Of a DNA stretch of 33,820 nt, positions 1-13,173 are shown piece after piece. The notes beneath the pieces were generated by a model. The model was not told the DNA's origin, ran no database searches, and saw only the letters and a program-made list of their open reading frames with translations. The DNA lies in NCBI GenBank assembly GCA_000934665.2, contig JYFJ02004261.1:1-33820 (forward strand), in the 5' to 3' direction. The first letter of the stretch is position 1. Each line of letters starts with the position of its first letter. The position numbers and the translations under genes are program-made. The DNA is from Catajapyx aquilonaris. Its lineage: Eukaryota.

Positions 1-35
1 CCTGAAAGTCTTTGCAGAGTTACAATAAACACCCT

Positions 36-78
36 GTATAGTATGAAAAGGAAAGTTTGTCCGTATGACCCATTTGGG
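36..78 (+). repeat. Helitron-like 5' head motif (AAAAGGAAAGTTTGTCCGTATGACCCATTT)
   Basis: Near-identical to about 6105-6140 and 30025-30056, and similar to the 5' end of the minus-strand element at 23086. Confidence 0.55.
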
Positions 79-1286
79 CCCCTCTGCCACTCCAGCCCTT
101 CCAGCAACAACGGGTTACCATACAGCAACGGGAAACTACTCAGCCATGTTAGGTCATACATGTCGTCACTGTCACCGACTTTTTTTTTTCTCTCCCACCA
201 GCCATGAACCATGGGCCAAACTGCCAGTGACATGTACCATACACAGAGAGGGTTTGGCCAACTCCTGGACTCGCGAACCACTCTGCTGGGGGGTTCTTTA
301 CGACCGTGTCTCTGGGTAAGGAACATCCTTCAAGTGCAGCGACCCAATATCATTTGAAGGTGCATCCATCAGGGAGGTGGGAGAGAGAGTGCAGGGCAGC
401 TGCAAAAGTAGTGCAGTTAGGTTGCGATGGAGAGGAGTGGTGATGAAATGCTTAGTGGCAAGTTTTGGGCAGAGATGTGTGGAACGCGGGGCCCGAGGGT
501 TGATTTGCATAATCCGGCAATTTGAGGCAAACTGGGGTGGGGGTAGGGGTGTTGTAGAGAGGCAAAGCTGGGTCTGGGAAAGGGAGGGGTTACGACTCAG
601 GTGCCACAAGCGAAAGGTCAGCCCCAAATGGCGTCCGCAGCCAGCTGACAGGCATCAGCTCCTCTCATCCCAAAACCTCGCGCACCTCTTGTTTTCACTC
701 CGCTCCAGGCCGCAAATGCAGCCTCCCCCCCCCCCTCCGAATGGCGCCATCAACCTCTCTTCCCCCCCAAAAAAGGACGAGCCGCAGATGGTGGCCATAC
801 CTTTTTTTTCAATTCCTTTCCCCTTTGCTCATTCCTCCACTTCCAATATCTACAAGCCTCCCTAACATTCTTCTTTTCGCCGCACCCGCTGCTTCTAAGT
901 GGAGGAGGCCATGTTTGGGGCGTGACGATCAGCGCCATCTGTTATCACCTGTGCATCCGGGCAACGCCATCTCGTGCCACTTCTTGGCAATACACCTGCA
1001 ATACACTGAAAGTTGGCTCCTTAAGCCGGATGTGTATAGAAAGTGTTTGACAACCTTTATAGCGTTACAGGCGGTCCAGCCAATGCTCACTCTCCCTCTT
1101 TTCGCGTGACGTTAGCTGATCTCCCCTACCGAGAGGGATCGGCCACGGTCAGCGTTAGAGTCATGCACCGAGATGGTGGCGCCTTACCTAGCGGGGCAAT
1201 TCGGAACTCTTTTGCTCCACTACGATTGGCTGGAGGTAGTATAATGGTTGAAAAGAGCACATGCCTAAGGTTCGTACCAGAGGTCC

Positions 1287-1414
1287 AGAGCCTTGGCAAC
1301 GCAACGTCGCGAAAATCGGCCATATTGTTACCCCCTGAAGCATGGTGTTGGAAACAATTTGCGCGAACTGTGTTGCGCACTCGGATGCGCTCATTTTAAA
1401 AATTCATCTTTATA
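1287..1414 (+). repeat. Arm of the same MITE family as 20542-20734
   Basis: AGAGCCTTGGCAACG, CATATTGTTACCCCC and TGCGCTCATTT match the reverse complement of 20542-20617; TGCGCACTCG and AAAAATTCAT match 20698-20734 directly. Confidence 0.6.
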
Positions 1415-1984
1415 GTGGTGCAACATGGCCTGATTATGTGTGGAAAATACGGGTTAGTTTCCAAGCAGTAAGTTTTTGATTCACTTCTATCGAAAGTGGG
1501 CAACGTAACATTGTGTTAACGCCAGGTTCAGAAACTAAATGGCATCAAGGAATAAATTCCGGGGCTCAATTTATCTCACCCCCAATTTCCTCTCTCTCTC
1601 ATAAGGAAAGTTTTTAGCATTGGAGGGGGGTGGGCTAAAAGGGAGTGGGAACTGTGGTAGGGTAAAGAAGGAAACGGCTTCTTTCCCTGGCCCCCAGGCC
1701 GGGGGAAATATTACCAGTTGCTGAGAAGTTTCAATAAAACGCCCCCCGGGTGTAAATTTAAGCTGAAGTAGTGCTGGGAAAAGGGGGGGGGAAGGGAAAC
1801 TCTCTCTCTCCCTCTTCCCTCTTTTACCAAGCACACTCCACCTTCCACTGATTTATACCGGCCATTCGTCCAGCACATAAGTCATCTCAGGAAACGGGAT
1901 TATTTCAGTGTTATTCATCACCATTTTCCAGCCATAATTACGGCTACAAAACGCGGCCAAACATCTCCATCATTCCGAGAGAGC

Positions 1985-2000
1985 CTCTCTCTCTCTCTCT
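1985..2000 (+). repeat. (CT)8 microsatellite
   Basis: Read directly from the sequence. Confidence 0.9.
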
Positions 2001-2299
2001 ACCAGGGCCATACCATCCACACGCGTATGTAAAGCGCATGAGAAACCCGCACCTGTGCACTCTTGTTATTTCAATTTACTTTCAACCACACACTCCCAGC
2101 AGCATTGATTCTGCAAAACCACTCACCAATCCATCCTCTGTGCGTCTAACCCATTACACTTGCAGAACAGTACATTGCAATTCAAAGATCTATATGTTGC
2201 AATTGAAGCACAAAACTGTTTATTTTTCAACAGTTAGGAGAACTCCTAAGTGTTGGAAAAAAACCTGATTGTGCTTTACCAAATTAAAAAATGGCTGCG

Positions 2300-2430
2300 A
2301 ATCATTCGTGTCTGTGCCTCTGTTTGTCTGCGGTGAGTCATCACAAGTGTGCAATCTACGTGAGATATATAGTACTACGTCCACAGTGGAGGCAGTGTTG
2401 CCAAATTCTCGAAAGGCATCACTCTCGTAT
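2300..2430 (+). mobile_element. Diverged fragment of the same Helitron-like family
   Basis: Shares GGTGAGTCATCAC, GTACTACGTCCA and GGAGGCAGTGTTGCCAAA, in the same order, with 31975-32095. Boundaries approximate. Confidence 0.55.
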
Positions 2431-5400
2431 TGCACTATAACGCTCAAAAAGATTGTCGCGCTGTATCAGGCAGGTGCGACAATCTTTTTGCGCGTTATAG
2501 TACGTAGACTAGTCGCATATAAAAATCCGGCTAATATGTTTGGTATCGCCAGCTCCAAGTACAGGGTGTTTACCATTTCGCGGGTGTAGAAATGGGGGGA
2601 CAATATTTCGAAGGGAAGTGATGGGACACATGGTGGCAGGGGTTCATGTCCCAGCCCTCGGAGGATGATAGCTCTTTAAATGCAAATAAAACCGCTGGAA
2701 TAAAGTGGGAGGATGGAGGGCGAAACAAGTACTGTTATTTACTGCCCGGATATGAACAGCCCGGAGAGATACGGGAAGTTCATATTATGCCCTATATTGT
2801 GACTCCCAAGTCCTGGAATGGGAGGTGGGAAGGGGGAAGGGTGGGAGGGGAGGAGGGATTTAATTCAGTGCCTGTGTGTCCCGGGAGTGTCTTTTCATTT
2901 TGTGCCCAACTTTTTTTTCTCTTCTTCTTCTGGATATTTTTACAGCCAACTTTGCCTGACAAAGCACGGAACAATGTTTGCATGCATTTGAACGAGAATT
3001 TGAAATTGAACAGATCTTTTTACATTACGGAATCTCATATAAAAAAATATGTAAATATTAATAACAACTTATTATGTTGCATGCAATAATACGAAAATTA
3101 CATCTGGATCCAACATTATAGCGTAAAACAAAATTACGGATTGTTTGCCCCAGAAAATAGCTTCGAATATAAAAATCCAGGCCATAAAATAATTACTCTC
3201 AGCGAAACTATAGATGCTAGGGTAAACAATTCATAATTTCTCTCCCTATCCGCCTAATGGAGCGTTGAAACAAATTATTTACCACCCTCCACAACGAAGA
3301 TAATTAATTCCAGCGCAAATTGCAGGCAATTTACGATACCATCAATGGACGACTGCGGAATTCAATTAGGCCTATGTACATATCATTAACATTAACTCTC
3401 ATTCATATCCAGATAATTTGAGCTAGGGCAATGTTGGAGAAATTAGGCTGAAACGTGTCGTAATATGGAAGCGCAAACAACCATTAATATTTAATCACTA
3501 ATCTATCCTAAATATTTATAGCAACGACTATTAAAAATATCATCCTCATCCACTATGTTTAATTATGGATGAACGCAAATTAACTTTAATGCATATTCGA
3601 AAACCTTTGGTAATATTTAAATACATCAAACAGGGAGGTAAAATAAAATTGATTGATAGATAGATATTTAATGACATCAAAATCGAAAAAGTAAATTGCA
3701 AAAAATGCGGCATAAATATGCGAAATTAATTCTTGGATCAGACTATATCAATTTCAATCAGTGTTTGTTGATGACATGTTATTATTGTTATTAAGTGTTA
3801 GATTGTGTATATATACAAATGCCTTTGAAGTTTTACCAGCCTTTACGACATTTTGATAAACAAAATTTGCCACAAAATGTAAGGCATGTCCGTATATCCC
3901 AATAATATTGAAGTCATTGCGCATTGTTCTCACTTACGGATGCAAATGTTGCAGACACTGAAATATTATTTTCGGTTAGGGCCTATAGGCGTAACGGAAC
4001 CTGACATAAGTGAGAATAACCGACTCTGGTAAAACCCGTCCCCAAAATCAGGAAGTGTACCGACCGCAAATTGGTTGTCATGCGCGCAATGTGTACAGCT
4101 GTTGAGCATGCAAGCACGCAGCAAGCACTCAGTCCAAATGCAATTCTTTTCATCATGTCAAACCGGGGCCCTGCAATAATTCACGGTTATGGGACTATTA
4201 GTTAATTACATGGAATCATAAGCAACCGCCGTAAATCACTCCAGGGTGGGTGGGTGATATTGGGCACTTTGGAGACTGGTGGTGACAGGGGGGGGGGGGG
4301 TGCACTTGCACTATATAGCTCCATGCGCACAGGCCCACTGAGTTATCTTTCATTTTGTTAGCACAGTGGGCGTCTACACCCGGACCATAATTACCGAATT
4401 ACCAGACTCTCCCATCAACCAACAACCCTTCTCTTATCCACACTCTGTTGTTGTTGTTGCAACATGTAGGCCTTGGAAAGGCAGGCAGGTGCGATCATTA
4501 AATGTAATAACTGGGCGAGATACCAGCGGGAGGTTTCTCTACCTAACATCTAATCTCGAACCTTCTCATTTTTTTATTATGGGGAGCAGGGGGGGAATGT
4601 CCGGCGAATTTTTGGCACAGGCGTTGGAAAAAGGGGGGGTTCACGCTCAGCAGTTTCATTTGCGAAATTAATTGTAATTCTGCGCGTGAAATGGCTGCAA
4701 AAATGCGGGCTGTTGGCAAGAGAGACTCACTGTGCACTAGAGAGTGGCTATCGCGCCGTAATGTAGAGCCACAGGGTGTTTCTAAATGTTCGCACAGTTA
4801 TGAATTTGCAAAATTTATAATGAACAGTTGATTTGGCGATTTATGTTTGTACATGAAGAGGTAAAAATCACATACGCTTGAAGTAAAATGATGTACCGGA
4901 TTTACAGTCATACATTGCTCACAACATTTGGCAGTACAAAATGTTAATTATGTCGGCACGTATAATGATTGAAAAAGAATATTCAATTTGAAATTTTATT
5001 CGATTCGCCCACAGTCATTTCGGCGAATCAAACTACAGTATCGCAGAGACATAAAATGTGAATAAATGCAATCGGCCTGTGAAATCCAATCACGCCTGAA
5101 TTACTGGTCATTTGCAGGACGTAAAGGCAACGATTAGCAAGTGTCAAATATTAATTATTTTTTCCTCTATTAAAAAAAGCACAGGAAGGGCAACTGTATG
5201 CTTAAATTCATTTCATAATTATAAATGTTCGCCTACAGAACCCGGTGGGTGGATTTGTAGGAGTCTTAATTTGCATACTGTACAAGTGTACTGTAGCACA
5301 CTGAATATTGTGCAATAATAAAATAATTATGTATATTCATGGTTACATATTCTTAGCTACTTTCGAAAATTAAAATAAGCGATTAGCAACTATAGTTTAC

Positions 5401-6099
5401 TGCACTAACATTTATATAAACACGACTTGCAATAAATAATATCTAAAGACTTGTTCGCAATTTTTTGCATTATAATAAGCGCATGTAAGACCATAAATAA
5501 TTGTTCCTGGACATGTCCTGCATATTGCGACACTCGAATAAATAATTGTAATAACGGGAGCTCCAGTAATTAATCACCATCAAAAGGAGGCAGATCAAGC
5601 CCAAAGTCGGAGATTAATTGGCTACCTCCGGAGCCCCCCTAATATTACATCTGTATGAAACAGGTCCCTGAGAGAAAAAGAAGAAGAAGGCAATTTCTTT
5701 CATATTGTATGTAGCTGACTCTCTCTCTTCTTTTCCTCAATTCATTTCACAACTTTTCAAAGGTGGGGGATGGAAGAGAGAGGGGGGTGGGTGGGGGGCT
5801 TTCCTTTTCTAGTCCCAGACTTTTCTTCCCATTTTTTTCTTCTTCTTCTTCTCTCCTCCCAGCTCCTTCTTTCCAAGAATGCCAAGATTAGTTTTCTTTA
5901 AGTCCCGAAAGAAAGTAATTTCCATCTGCAAATCCGCGGTTCCGGAAGCGACGTTGCATTTTCGCGCGCACCAAAACAGAACGGCAGCGTTGGAAACAAC
6001 CACCTTTTCCACACGAAACCCTTCAAATTGCTTGTAAATTGCTCATTGCTCTGTTACTACGACGGTTTCCAGTAGCAGCCATAAAATTATTTTTTTACA

Positions 6100-6145
6100 C
6101 ATAAAAAAAGGAAAGTTTGTCGGTATGTCCCATTTCCCTTTCCAC
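6100..6145 (+). repeat. Helitron-like 5' head motif (AAAAGGAAAGTTTGTCGGTATGTCCCATTTCCCTT)
   Basis: Matches the copies at about 46-78 and 30025-30056; no 3' end identified. Confidence 0.55.
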
Positions 6146-7569
6146 CCAGTCCAACAGAGCCTCCTTTGAAAAGATTGGCGAACCACCCGCAGCAAAACCG
6201 CGTTGCGTATTGTTCAACGAAACGGGCAACGATCTCCGTGTGAAAAGGCGGTATTTGACAGAGCCAAGTGAATATGGCCGCTTCCAACTGCAAATGAGCG
6301 CATTATCCTCTCCTCTTTCCTTCTCCCCTGGGAGTGATCGGTTAGATGGGGGGAAGGGGGTTTCATGGTTCAAATGGAGGCAGGGAGAGTGGGGGGGTGG
6401 AGGAAATCTGCACTCTCTCTTTGCCATTAGTTTGGACGCGTTCGAGCCAATCGAGGTGTGACTATTCCGAGGGAAAGGGAGTCGATCGGAGAGGATTGGA
6501 GGACGGATGGAAAAGAGAAGAAAGCCCAAGAAAGTTTAGTTCCGAGGAAGGTAAATTCCGGATATTTCAACACTCGACTATCCGGTTTGCATATCCTCAA
6601 CCTTTTTCCCTCAGCAAATCAGTCCAGATTAAAGCTAGAAGGGACCTTATATATTAGGGCGGCAGTTGTCTAATGAATATCACTGCATATCCTTTACTAG
6701 GATATACTATCATGCCTTTTTCTTAGGATTAAATCCCTAAGTTATTTCTGAAGGATTTCCTTTTAATTGTCCCTTGCAACCCCTTCAAAACCTAACAACA
6801 ACAGTCCTAGAAATGAGCCTGTAACAGCCGTACAAAGTGTGGCAAAATTAGCTTCCTCCCAGCTTCAAAGCTGCTGAACTCTTCCCTCATTAAACTCTTC
6901 TACACCAAATGCAATCCCCAACTAAATCCGAAGCGCATGGGAACTACCGGTAGAATCCTTCCACAGAGAGTAAATCTTCGTTTTACTCTTGTTAAATCGG
7001 ATTAAAATCCAACTTGGTTCAACCATGTTTGCATATTATTAAGCTTAAGTTCCAACCAAAGCAAAGGTCGGACGCAACACCTCACCACTTTGCTTATAGG
7101 TGCAAGTATTAGGCTCTCTTTAATAACAATAGGAATAATAATGTGGCGTTTCGTGTCAAGGAAAACTATGCAAATAATTTTTCTAATTCAGATATTTCAC
7201 TCGTGCTAATTTAATCCTACAATATATAAAATCCTGCGTTAACAAGAGGTGTGAATTGCACATGTGACTACGCGCCTTGCATCCCACAAAAAAATATCCA
7301 GTCGTCCTGCGACTTTGGCCACAGCAGCACGTCCCCGAATTTCCTCCTTCTCCGCTGGTTTTCAAAAGGAACCGACTCAGTTGCACCCCTGCCCACCCAC
7401 CCCCCAAAAAACGCCATCTGAAGCCATGAGCTGAATGCAAAGCAGCACTGGCAGATTTGCGGAATAAAAATCGGACTGTAACAAGCCTTGCAAGTTAAAG
7501 CTAATGTATTTGCAAACTGTACGCAGCTGTCATATATTCATGACCCATAATCGGTGCAATCAATCGTGT

Positions 7570-7785
7570 GTTCCTATAAGATGTGTCACAGATAGAATTG
7601 GCTTGAGCCTGTGACTCTGTCTGTCTTGGATGAGTCATCACCAACGTGCATGTAGTACCACTAGACCTCGCATGACCATAAGAGTGGCGCTAGTGTGCAG
7701 AAAGAGAGGATGCGCCATCTATAAGCGAAATATGGTGCAGCGGGGCCGTTTTGCCAAATTTTGGCAAGGGATTCACTTTAGCCAA
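7570..7785 (+). mobile_element. Diverged relative of the 31852 Helitron-like family
   Basis: 24 bp (TCATCACCAACGTGCATGTAGTAC, 7635-7658) identical to 31981-32004; hairpin TTGCCAAATTTTGGCAA at 7751-7767. Boundaries approximate. Confidence 0.6.
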
Positions 7786-9560
7786 ATGTATTTCCCACCC
7801 TTCGTTGTTGAAATATGCGGTTTTTCCAGCCTTATACAGTCTATACTAGGGTAGCTGTGATTTGTACCCTGCAGCCAAGAGCAGGATTAGCCCTAGGAAA
7901 TAATAGCTGCTTTCCCACCTCCCCCCACCCCTCATCTCTCCTCCCCATTACCTTTTCTCATTTAGATACGTCCCACCCTCCCCCCACGATCATTCTCCAA
8001 TCTTAATGGGAAACAATAACCAGAGAGAGATGCATTTGCATAATCGAATTTTGCTGCTGCTGGTTTTAGATCTTTGCTCCAGAAAATAAAGCAAGGGGGA
8101 GAAAAAAGAGACTGGAGGGGGGTGTGGGAAGGCGAAAGAAGAAGAGGGGCTTTTTCATGAAGTCTGCTCCGATTCGCAGATTCTCCAGCCGCCATTTTAT
8201 GCAAATATATCCAGGAAATAAGATAAGAAAAGGACTGGAACATCGGGACTATGCCGGGCTCTTCTGGGGATTTATATCTCAGACTGTCTTTCTATAATAT
8301 ATTTGCAATTCTGACCGGGACACCACTGCAGCCAGGGTCTCGCGGTCCTGCAAAATAGTAATGACCTATATTTTGCTAATTAAGTTGCTTCTGTTTCATC
8401 GAGGACATTTATAGGGTTATGTCGTGTCGTTATTTGTTGTTGTTTCTCAGGCAGGGGGTTTTGCAGAAATAACTGCACACTCGTCAAAATAAAGCTGTCA
8501 GTCGTGACATATCTGCAGTTTCCTTTCTCCAAACAGTGCAAAATATGGCCTCCCCTTCTAATGGAACATTCACGTAAAACGACAAATTTTAAAACAAACG
8601 CCTTGTGGTCACGCCCTTCCTAAAGATTATAAAAATGTCTTAATGCTGAGAGATAACTCACGATGGTTGTGAGGAATTAGTTGTAGTCGCAACAATAGTG
8701 ATTTTAGCCACCGGTTTTAAGAGAGAAGGGGTTGGCCCGATTGCGTAATAAGTATTCGTGCTGGAAACGAATATGTCCAGTTGCAATGTCGTGCTAAAAG
8801 CCAATTAGCCTCATTCAGAGCTGGATACATGCAGAGAGAGAGGGGGGGGGGTGTTATAGCAGGGGTCACGGGGTCACCCCCATTGTTTCGAGAAACGCGC
8901 CACTGAATATATCCGCATTACAGCGATGCCAACAATACCACTTGCTCACAATAAAAAAAGCTTGTTCGTACGGTACTATTTTATGAATTCAACATGACAC
9001 ACTAAATGAGCGAAGCTTACTCTGCCATCTAGCGGGGAATTCATCAGGCAGTGTTGGAAATAACATAAGGGTTAATGACTTTTGCAACACGCGGTGGCTG
9101 GTATAGCTCCAAGGGTTGTGGGACATTTTGCATAAACTGCCTCCCCCCTCTTACCCCAGAAAGGAAGTTTATTACAGCCGACATTTATGGTTATGGATTG
9201 AGCAATATCAAGAAAACCCCCGCGGTGGCAGGCAAATCAGGTGGCCCCATTTTCTCATTAGCGAGTCATGTGACCTTTCCCCCTGCTTCCAACCCTCCGA
9301 TAGGAACCAGCGCCCCCTTAAAGACGCGTCCAATAAATAGACTGCAATTTGGAGGATGTTGCCAATAAATCTGGAGCCGATTTGGCCGGACAAGGTTGGA
9401 ACTAACGGCCTGAAAAACAAGCAAGGACTGCCCTCCGTTACAGGCCCCTGTCCAATTAAAGTGGTCTATTCTTCATGGACTCCACTTGCTCTGGTTATGC
9501 CTAGTTCACAGACAACAATACTCGCTACAGTCAGACACGATCAAATACTTCGATAAATTA

Positions 9561-9754
9561 ACTATAATATTGAAATCGTAGTGGGTGTTATGCCTGCTGG
9601 TTCGTCCGCCGCATATTGATGCCGCGACGCTTCCGATTGGCCGCCGTTCTGCTCATGCGCAATGTGATGGCAACAGCGCCTCTGGTGGGTGGGAGGGGGA
9701 ACTATTAATTTGCTGAAGGCCGGAGGATCTACTTCAAGCGAATGTTTTTTCTAG
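9561..9754 (+). mobile_element. Short Helitron-like element, family B
   Basis: Shares CCGCGACGCTTCCGATTGG, TGCGCAATG and CAGCGCCTCTGGTGG with 12815-13173; ends TTTTTTCTAG|T. Confidence 0.62.
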
Positions 9755-12700
9755 TAATTAATAAATTAGTTATCATTGATACGTCACTGTTGTTAACAAA
9801 CCTTTTTCGATTACCGGCATGTACTCTTGCAGAATATTCATCCAACTTCTCGCCGTTTTCTAGAGAATTTATTTTTAAATATTTTTCTTTGCAACTATAG
9901 GTGTGAGATCGACGGGTGTCTTATATATAGACCGTCGGTTTCATCAAAGTTCAAGATGGGTGTTTTATCGCCGGTCGGAAATGGCGGACGGGCGGGAACT
10001 TGATTGATGGCGCAAAGGTCGTGGCCGTTAAAAAAAAAACGCGCCGCCCAAATAAGCTACAAGTGTTTATGTGGTGTCCCAATAAGAGCTCGAAGGCCGC
10101 TTCCCTCCCGCTCTCCCTCCTCCTATTGATCTCTTCGCGCCACAATCGCAATTTTATAGCCCTCTGGGAGAAAAGAAAAGAAGGCGCTGACAGTAAAAAA
10201 AGGCGAACGAAAAGTAATCGAGAGACGAAAAAAGTTGGAAGTCGTACCCTAATCTGGAACAAATTATGATGATTAAAGGTAATTAGCAGTTATTAATGAA
10301 CGGCCATCAAATTGCTACAGCAAGTCTGTTCGAGAAAAAAATTGGACAGGGTGTGTCAATATTGCAATGCAGGAATTGTTATTACAAGCAGTTGTCAGAA
10401 AATATACTTTTAGCGGGCCGAAAGTAACGCAGCAGCCGGCTGTCTTTGCCAGTCTTGGAAATAAGTCCACCTCTTGTCAAAGTCTTGCAGCGGCTTCCAA
10501 GCTAATAAACGGAGCCCAAGTCTCTCTCTCTCTCATGATTCATACGGATAGGTATCGATTAAGCTAACGAGCCGGAGTGAGAGAAAAAGAGAGGGGGGGG
10601 GGAGCTTAAGAGACTATGAATAGCATCCCCGAGTTAGACTCTTGCTTATGTAGCAGCACCGCTATATTGCGATCTCTCATTGGAGGCGGCACTTTCCACA
10701 ATTCTCTTTGTGAGATGTTTTGGAGTGGGAGGTTCAAGGGGAGGGAATGTGCAAAGTCGCCTTTCACCCCCCTACGCTTCTCCACTGCCTCGACGAGAGA
10801 TCTAATTAATTTCCACTCGATCTACGCCCCCATCACCAGAGGCGTTACGTCAAATTAAACTCCAACAATCCTAGTCCTCCTTTGCATCTCCTTTCAACAG
10901 CCCCGTTGCTAGATAGCTGGCTAGCTAGCTATAGCTTCAGGGGGGTGGGGGGGGTCACATGACAATCTCTCTCCATCCTTCCCCCCCACCCAACTAGTCC
11001 TTATCGAATGCAAAACCTTCCCAACCCTCATTGCGCCGATGGAAATCGCGAGCATTTTCCACATAGTTCGAGCCCCCTCCTTCTCCTCTCCCTATCAGTA
11101 TTAAACAGTTGCTTTGAAACATTCCACCATTTCCCCTCCCCCAGCCTCCGTCGCCTCTCCGTTGCCGAGCAACTAGACCCAACCAAGAAAACTGGAAGAA
11201 GAAAAAAAAGGGGAGACGTTTATTGTTTTTATATTCCTTCTTGTACCTGCCGAAGCCACTGATATGACACTGTACTACATGAGATGTATCCACACACCTT
11301 GTCTCCGATCAATCACTTGTCGCCCCCAAGTTTTCCTTGGAAAATATAAGTTAAATACTCCTATAAATTTAACCGCTCATAATTATGCTGGGTGGTAGTG
11401 GGCGGCATCCCAGAGAGAATTGTTGTGCATTGTTTGCAAAACAATTACTGGGAGTATAATAGAGGCAGTCAGTGCTTTACAGGCATACTGTACTGATGCA
11501 ATCCGTTTGTGTGTGGGTGTGGGGGGAGGGTTTCAGCGTATTTAATTGTGGCTAAATGTTATGCGAACAATGGACATTATAGTGAAACAGACGCATTTAA
11601 AGAGGTTGATGCAATCTGGCAATAATGTGGACGATATAAGAGGACTACTGGCAAGAATGAAAACAAACAATATGCCATTAACCTCCACGAATATGAACTA
11701 AGTGTCTAGAGTATTACAACTTCCATAATGATACCCGCAACGTTATAAACATAATTATAACGTGTGTTGTGAAGCACCAAAAATATTTATATGTGCGTAT
11801 AAATGCCACTTTGCGAAACAATGAGATTCAATCCAACCCAAAATGCAACTTTAAATAAGGTTTTATTAGGTGTGTCTGGAAGAGGAAAGAGGAAATGGAA
11901 GTATCGTAGGATGTATTCGTCCTCTGGGTTCACCGGAACCATCATGAAACGCACGTATTCGCCAATATTTTATGTCCACTGGTCTCTACCACAGAATGTG
12001 CTGTCCTTTTGCTTCCTAGTCCGTCTCTGTGCCTTTTCTAAGCTCTCCTACTGTATACGTGCTTCCGGGTTCCCTGCAAAATCCGTGAATATCCCGGAGA
12101 CTCGCCTCAATTCAATAATAAATAGTCGGGCAATATGAATAACGCGGTGGCTAAATCCGTGAGCGCGGTAGGAGTGGCAGCACAACACACATCCGGGCAT
12201 CAATCCCATCGATTCCCGGAGTGAAAAGCAAGATGAATCCCTGGAGACGTATTATATGCACCCTGGGACCAAAAAGTAGGCGGTTGGTAGGGAGGACAAA
12301 TGAGTTAATCCAGAAAAGGGGGGGACTGTACCGGTTCCAGCCGTTACATTTCGAAGCACAGCTGGTCTCGCCGAGTTCTCCGTGGTATATACTGTGCCCG
12401 AAGCTTTTGTGCGGCGCTTACAATAGCCGAGCGACAACACCTCCCGAAAATGGAAACTCATCGATCAGTAGTCCCCCCCTCCTCAGCACTCGAATAAGGT
12501 TACGTGTCGAAGCAAACCAAACGGCTATCAACACGCGCTCTTTTTCTCTCTCAAGATATCTGCTCAACATGGGTCTTACTGTTAGAAAAGGATAGGGGTT
12601 GCCGACCCTGATTCAAAGCCGGACACCTCCCGTCCCCCTGACGTCCGGAGCGTGTCCGCAAGCTGATGATTTATTCATCATACACGACAGCTCCTAGGAT

Positions 12701-12814
12701 CAGGCTCCTTACTTAGATCCGTTGTCTTCCGAGGGCCTTACTCGGCTTATCCGGATTCGGAGGAGAAAAATATTTAATGCCGGGTGTTGCCGTCACACTA
12801 CGAATTCATATATA

Positions 12815-12958
12815 TCTATGATAATTTATTAAAATCCTTCGTTGTATGACCGAGGCTTCTGATTGGCCTGCCACATATTGTTACCGCGACGCTTCCAATT
12901 GGCACCTGTTCTGCGCCTGCGCAATGGGGGAGGCAGCGCCTCTGGTGGATGGAACTAG
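12815..12958 (+). mobile_element. Family B Helitron-like copy (first of two adjacent copies)
   Basis: Starts A|TCTATGATAATTTATTAAA; contains AGGCTTCTGATTGGCC, CCGCGACGCTTCCAATTGG and CAGCGCCTCTGGTGG; ends GGAACTAG. Confidence 0.62.
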
Positions 12959-13173
12959 TCCATAATATTAAACTCATTCGTTGTGTGTGTAAGGCTTCTG
13001 ATTGGCCCGCCGTATATTGTAACCGCGACGCTTCCGATTGACCCCCTCATTTCCATGGAAACTTGAAAATTGCAATCAAAGATGGCCTTTGACTATAGAT
13101 GGGGATGGCGATAAGCAATATGTGTTCCCCCACCGCGGGCCGCGGTCCTAGAAAAAAGCGATGGCTTTTCTAG
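12959..13173 (+). mobile_element. Family B Helitron-like copy (second of two adjacent copies)
   Basis: Starts TCCATAATATTAAA; repeats AGGCTTCTGATTGGCC and CCGCGACGCTTCCGATTG; GC hairpin ACCGCGGGCCGCGGT, then AAGCGATGGCTTTTCTAG|T. Confidence 0.65.

Noticed and set aside
377..865. 162-aa ORF with a polyproline run (QPPPPPPNGAINLSSPPKK)
   Set aside because: Non-ATG start, prolines come from a C homopolymer, no recognisable domain and no convincing splice context.
6555..6812. Cluster of short ATCC/GGAT hairpins
   Set aside because: Probably a decayed MITE, but I could not define TIRs, a TSD or a second copy.
9408..9428. Minus-strand acceptor-like TTGCTTGTTTTTCAG (a similar one lies at about 5667-5690)
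   Set aside because: No convincing donor or coding frame downstream; such matches are common in long introns.
12143..12210. tRNA- or SINE-like head (CGCGGTGGCTAAATCCG...GGGCATCAATCCC)
   Set aside because: A and B boxes are degenerate, I cannot form a cloverleaf, and there is no second copy in the window.
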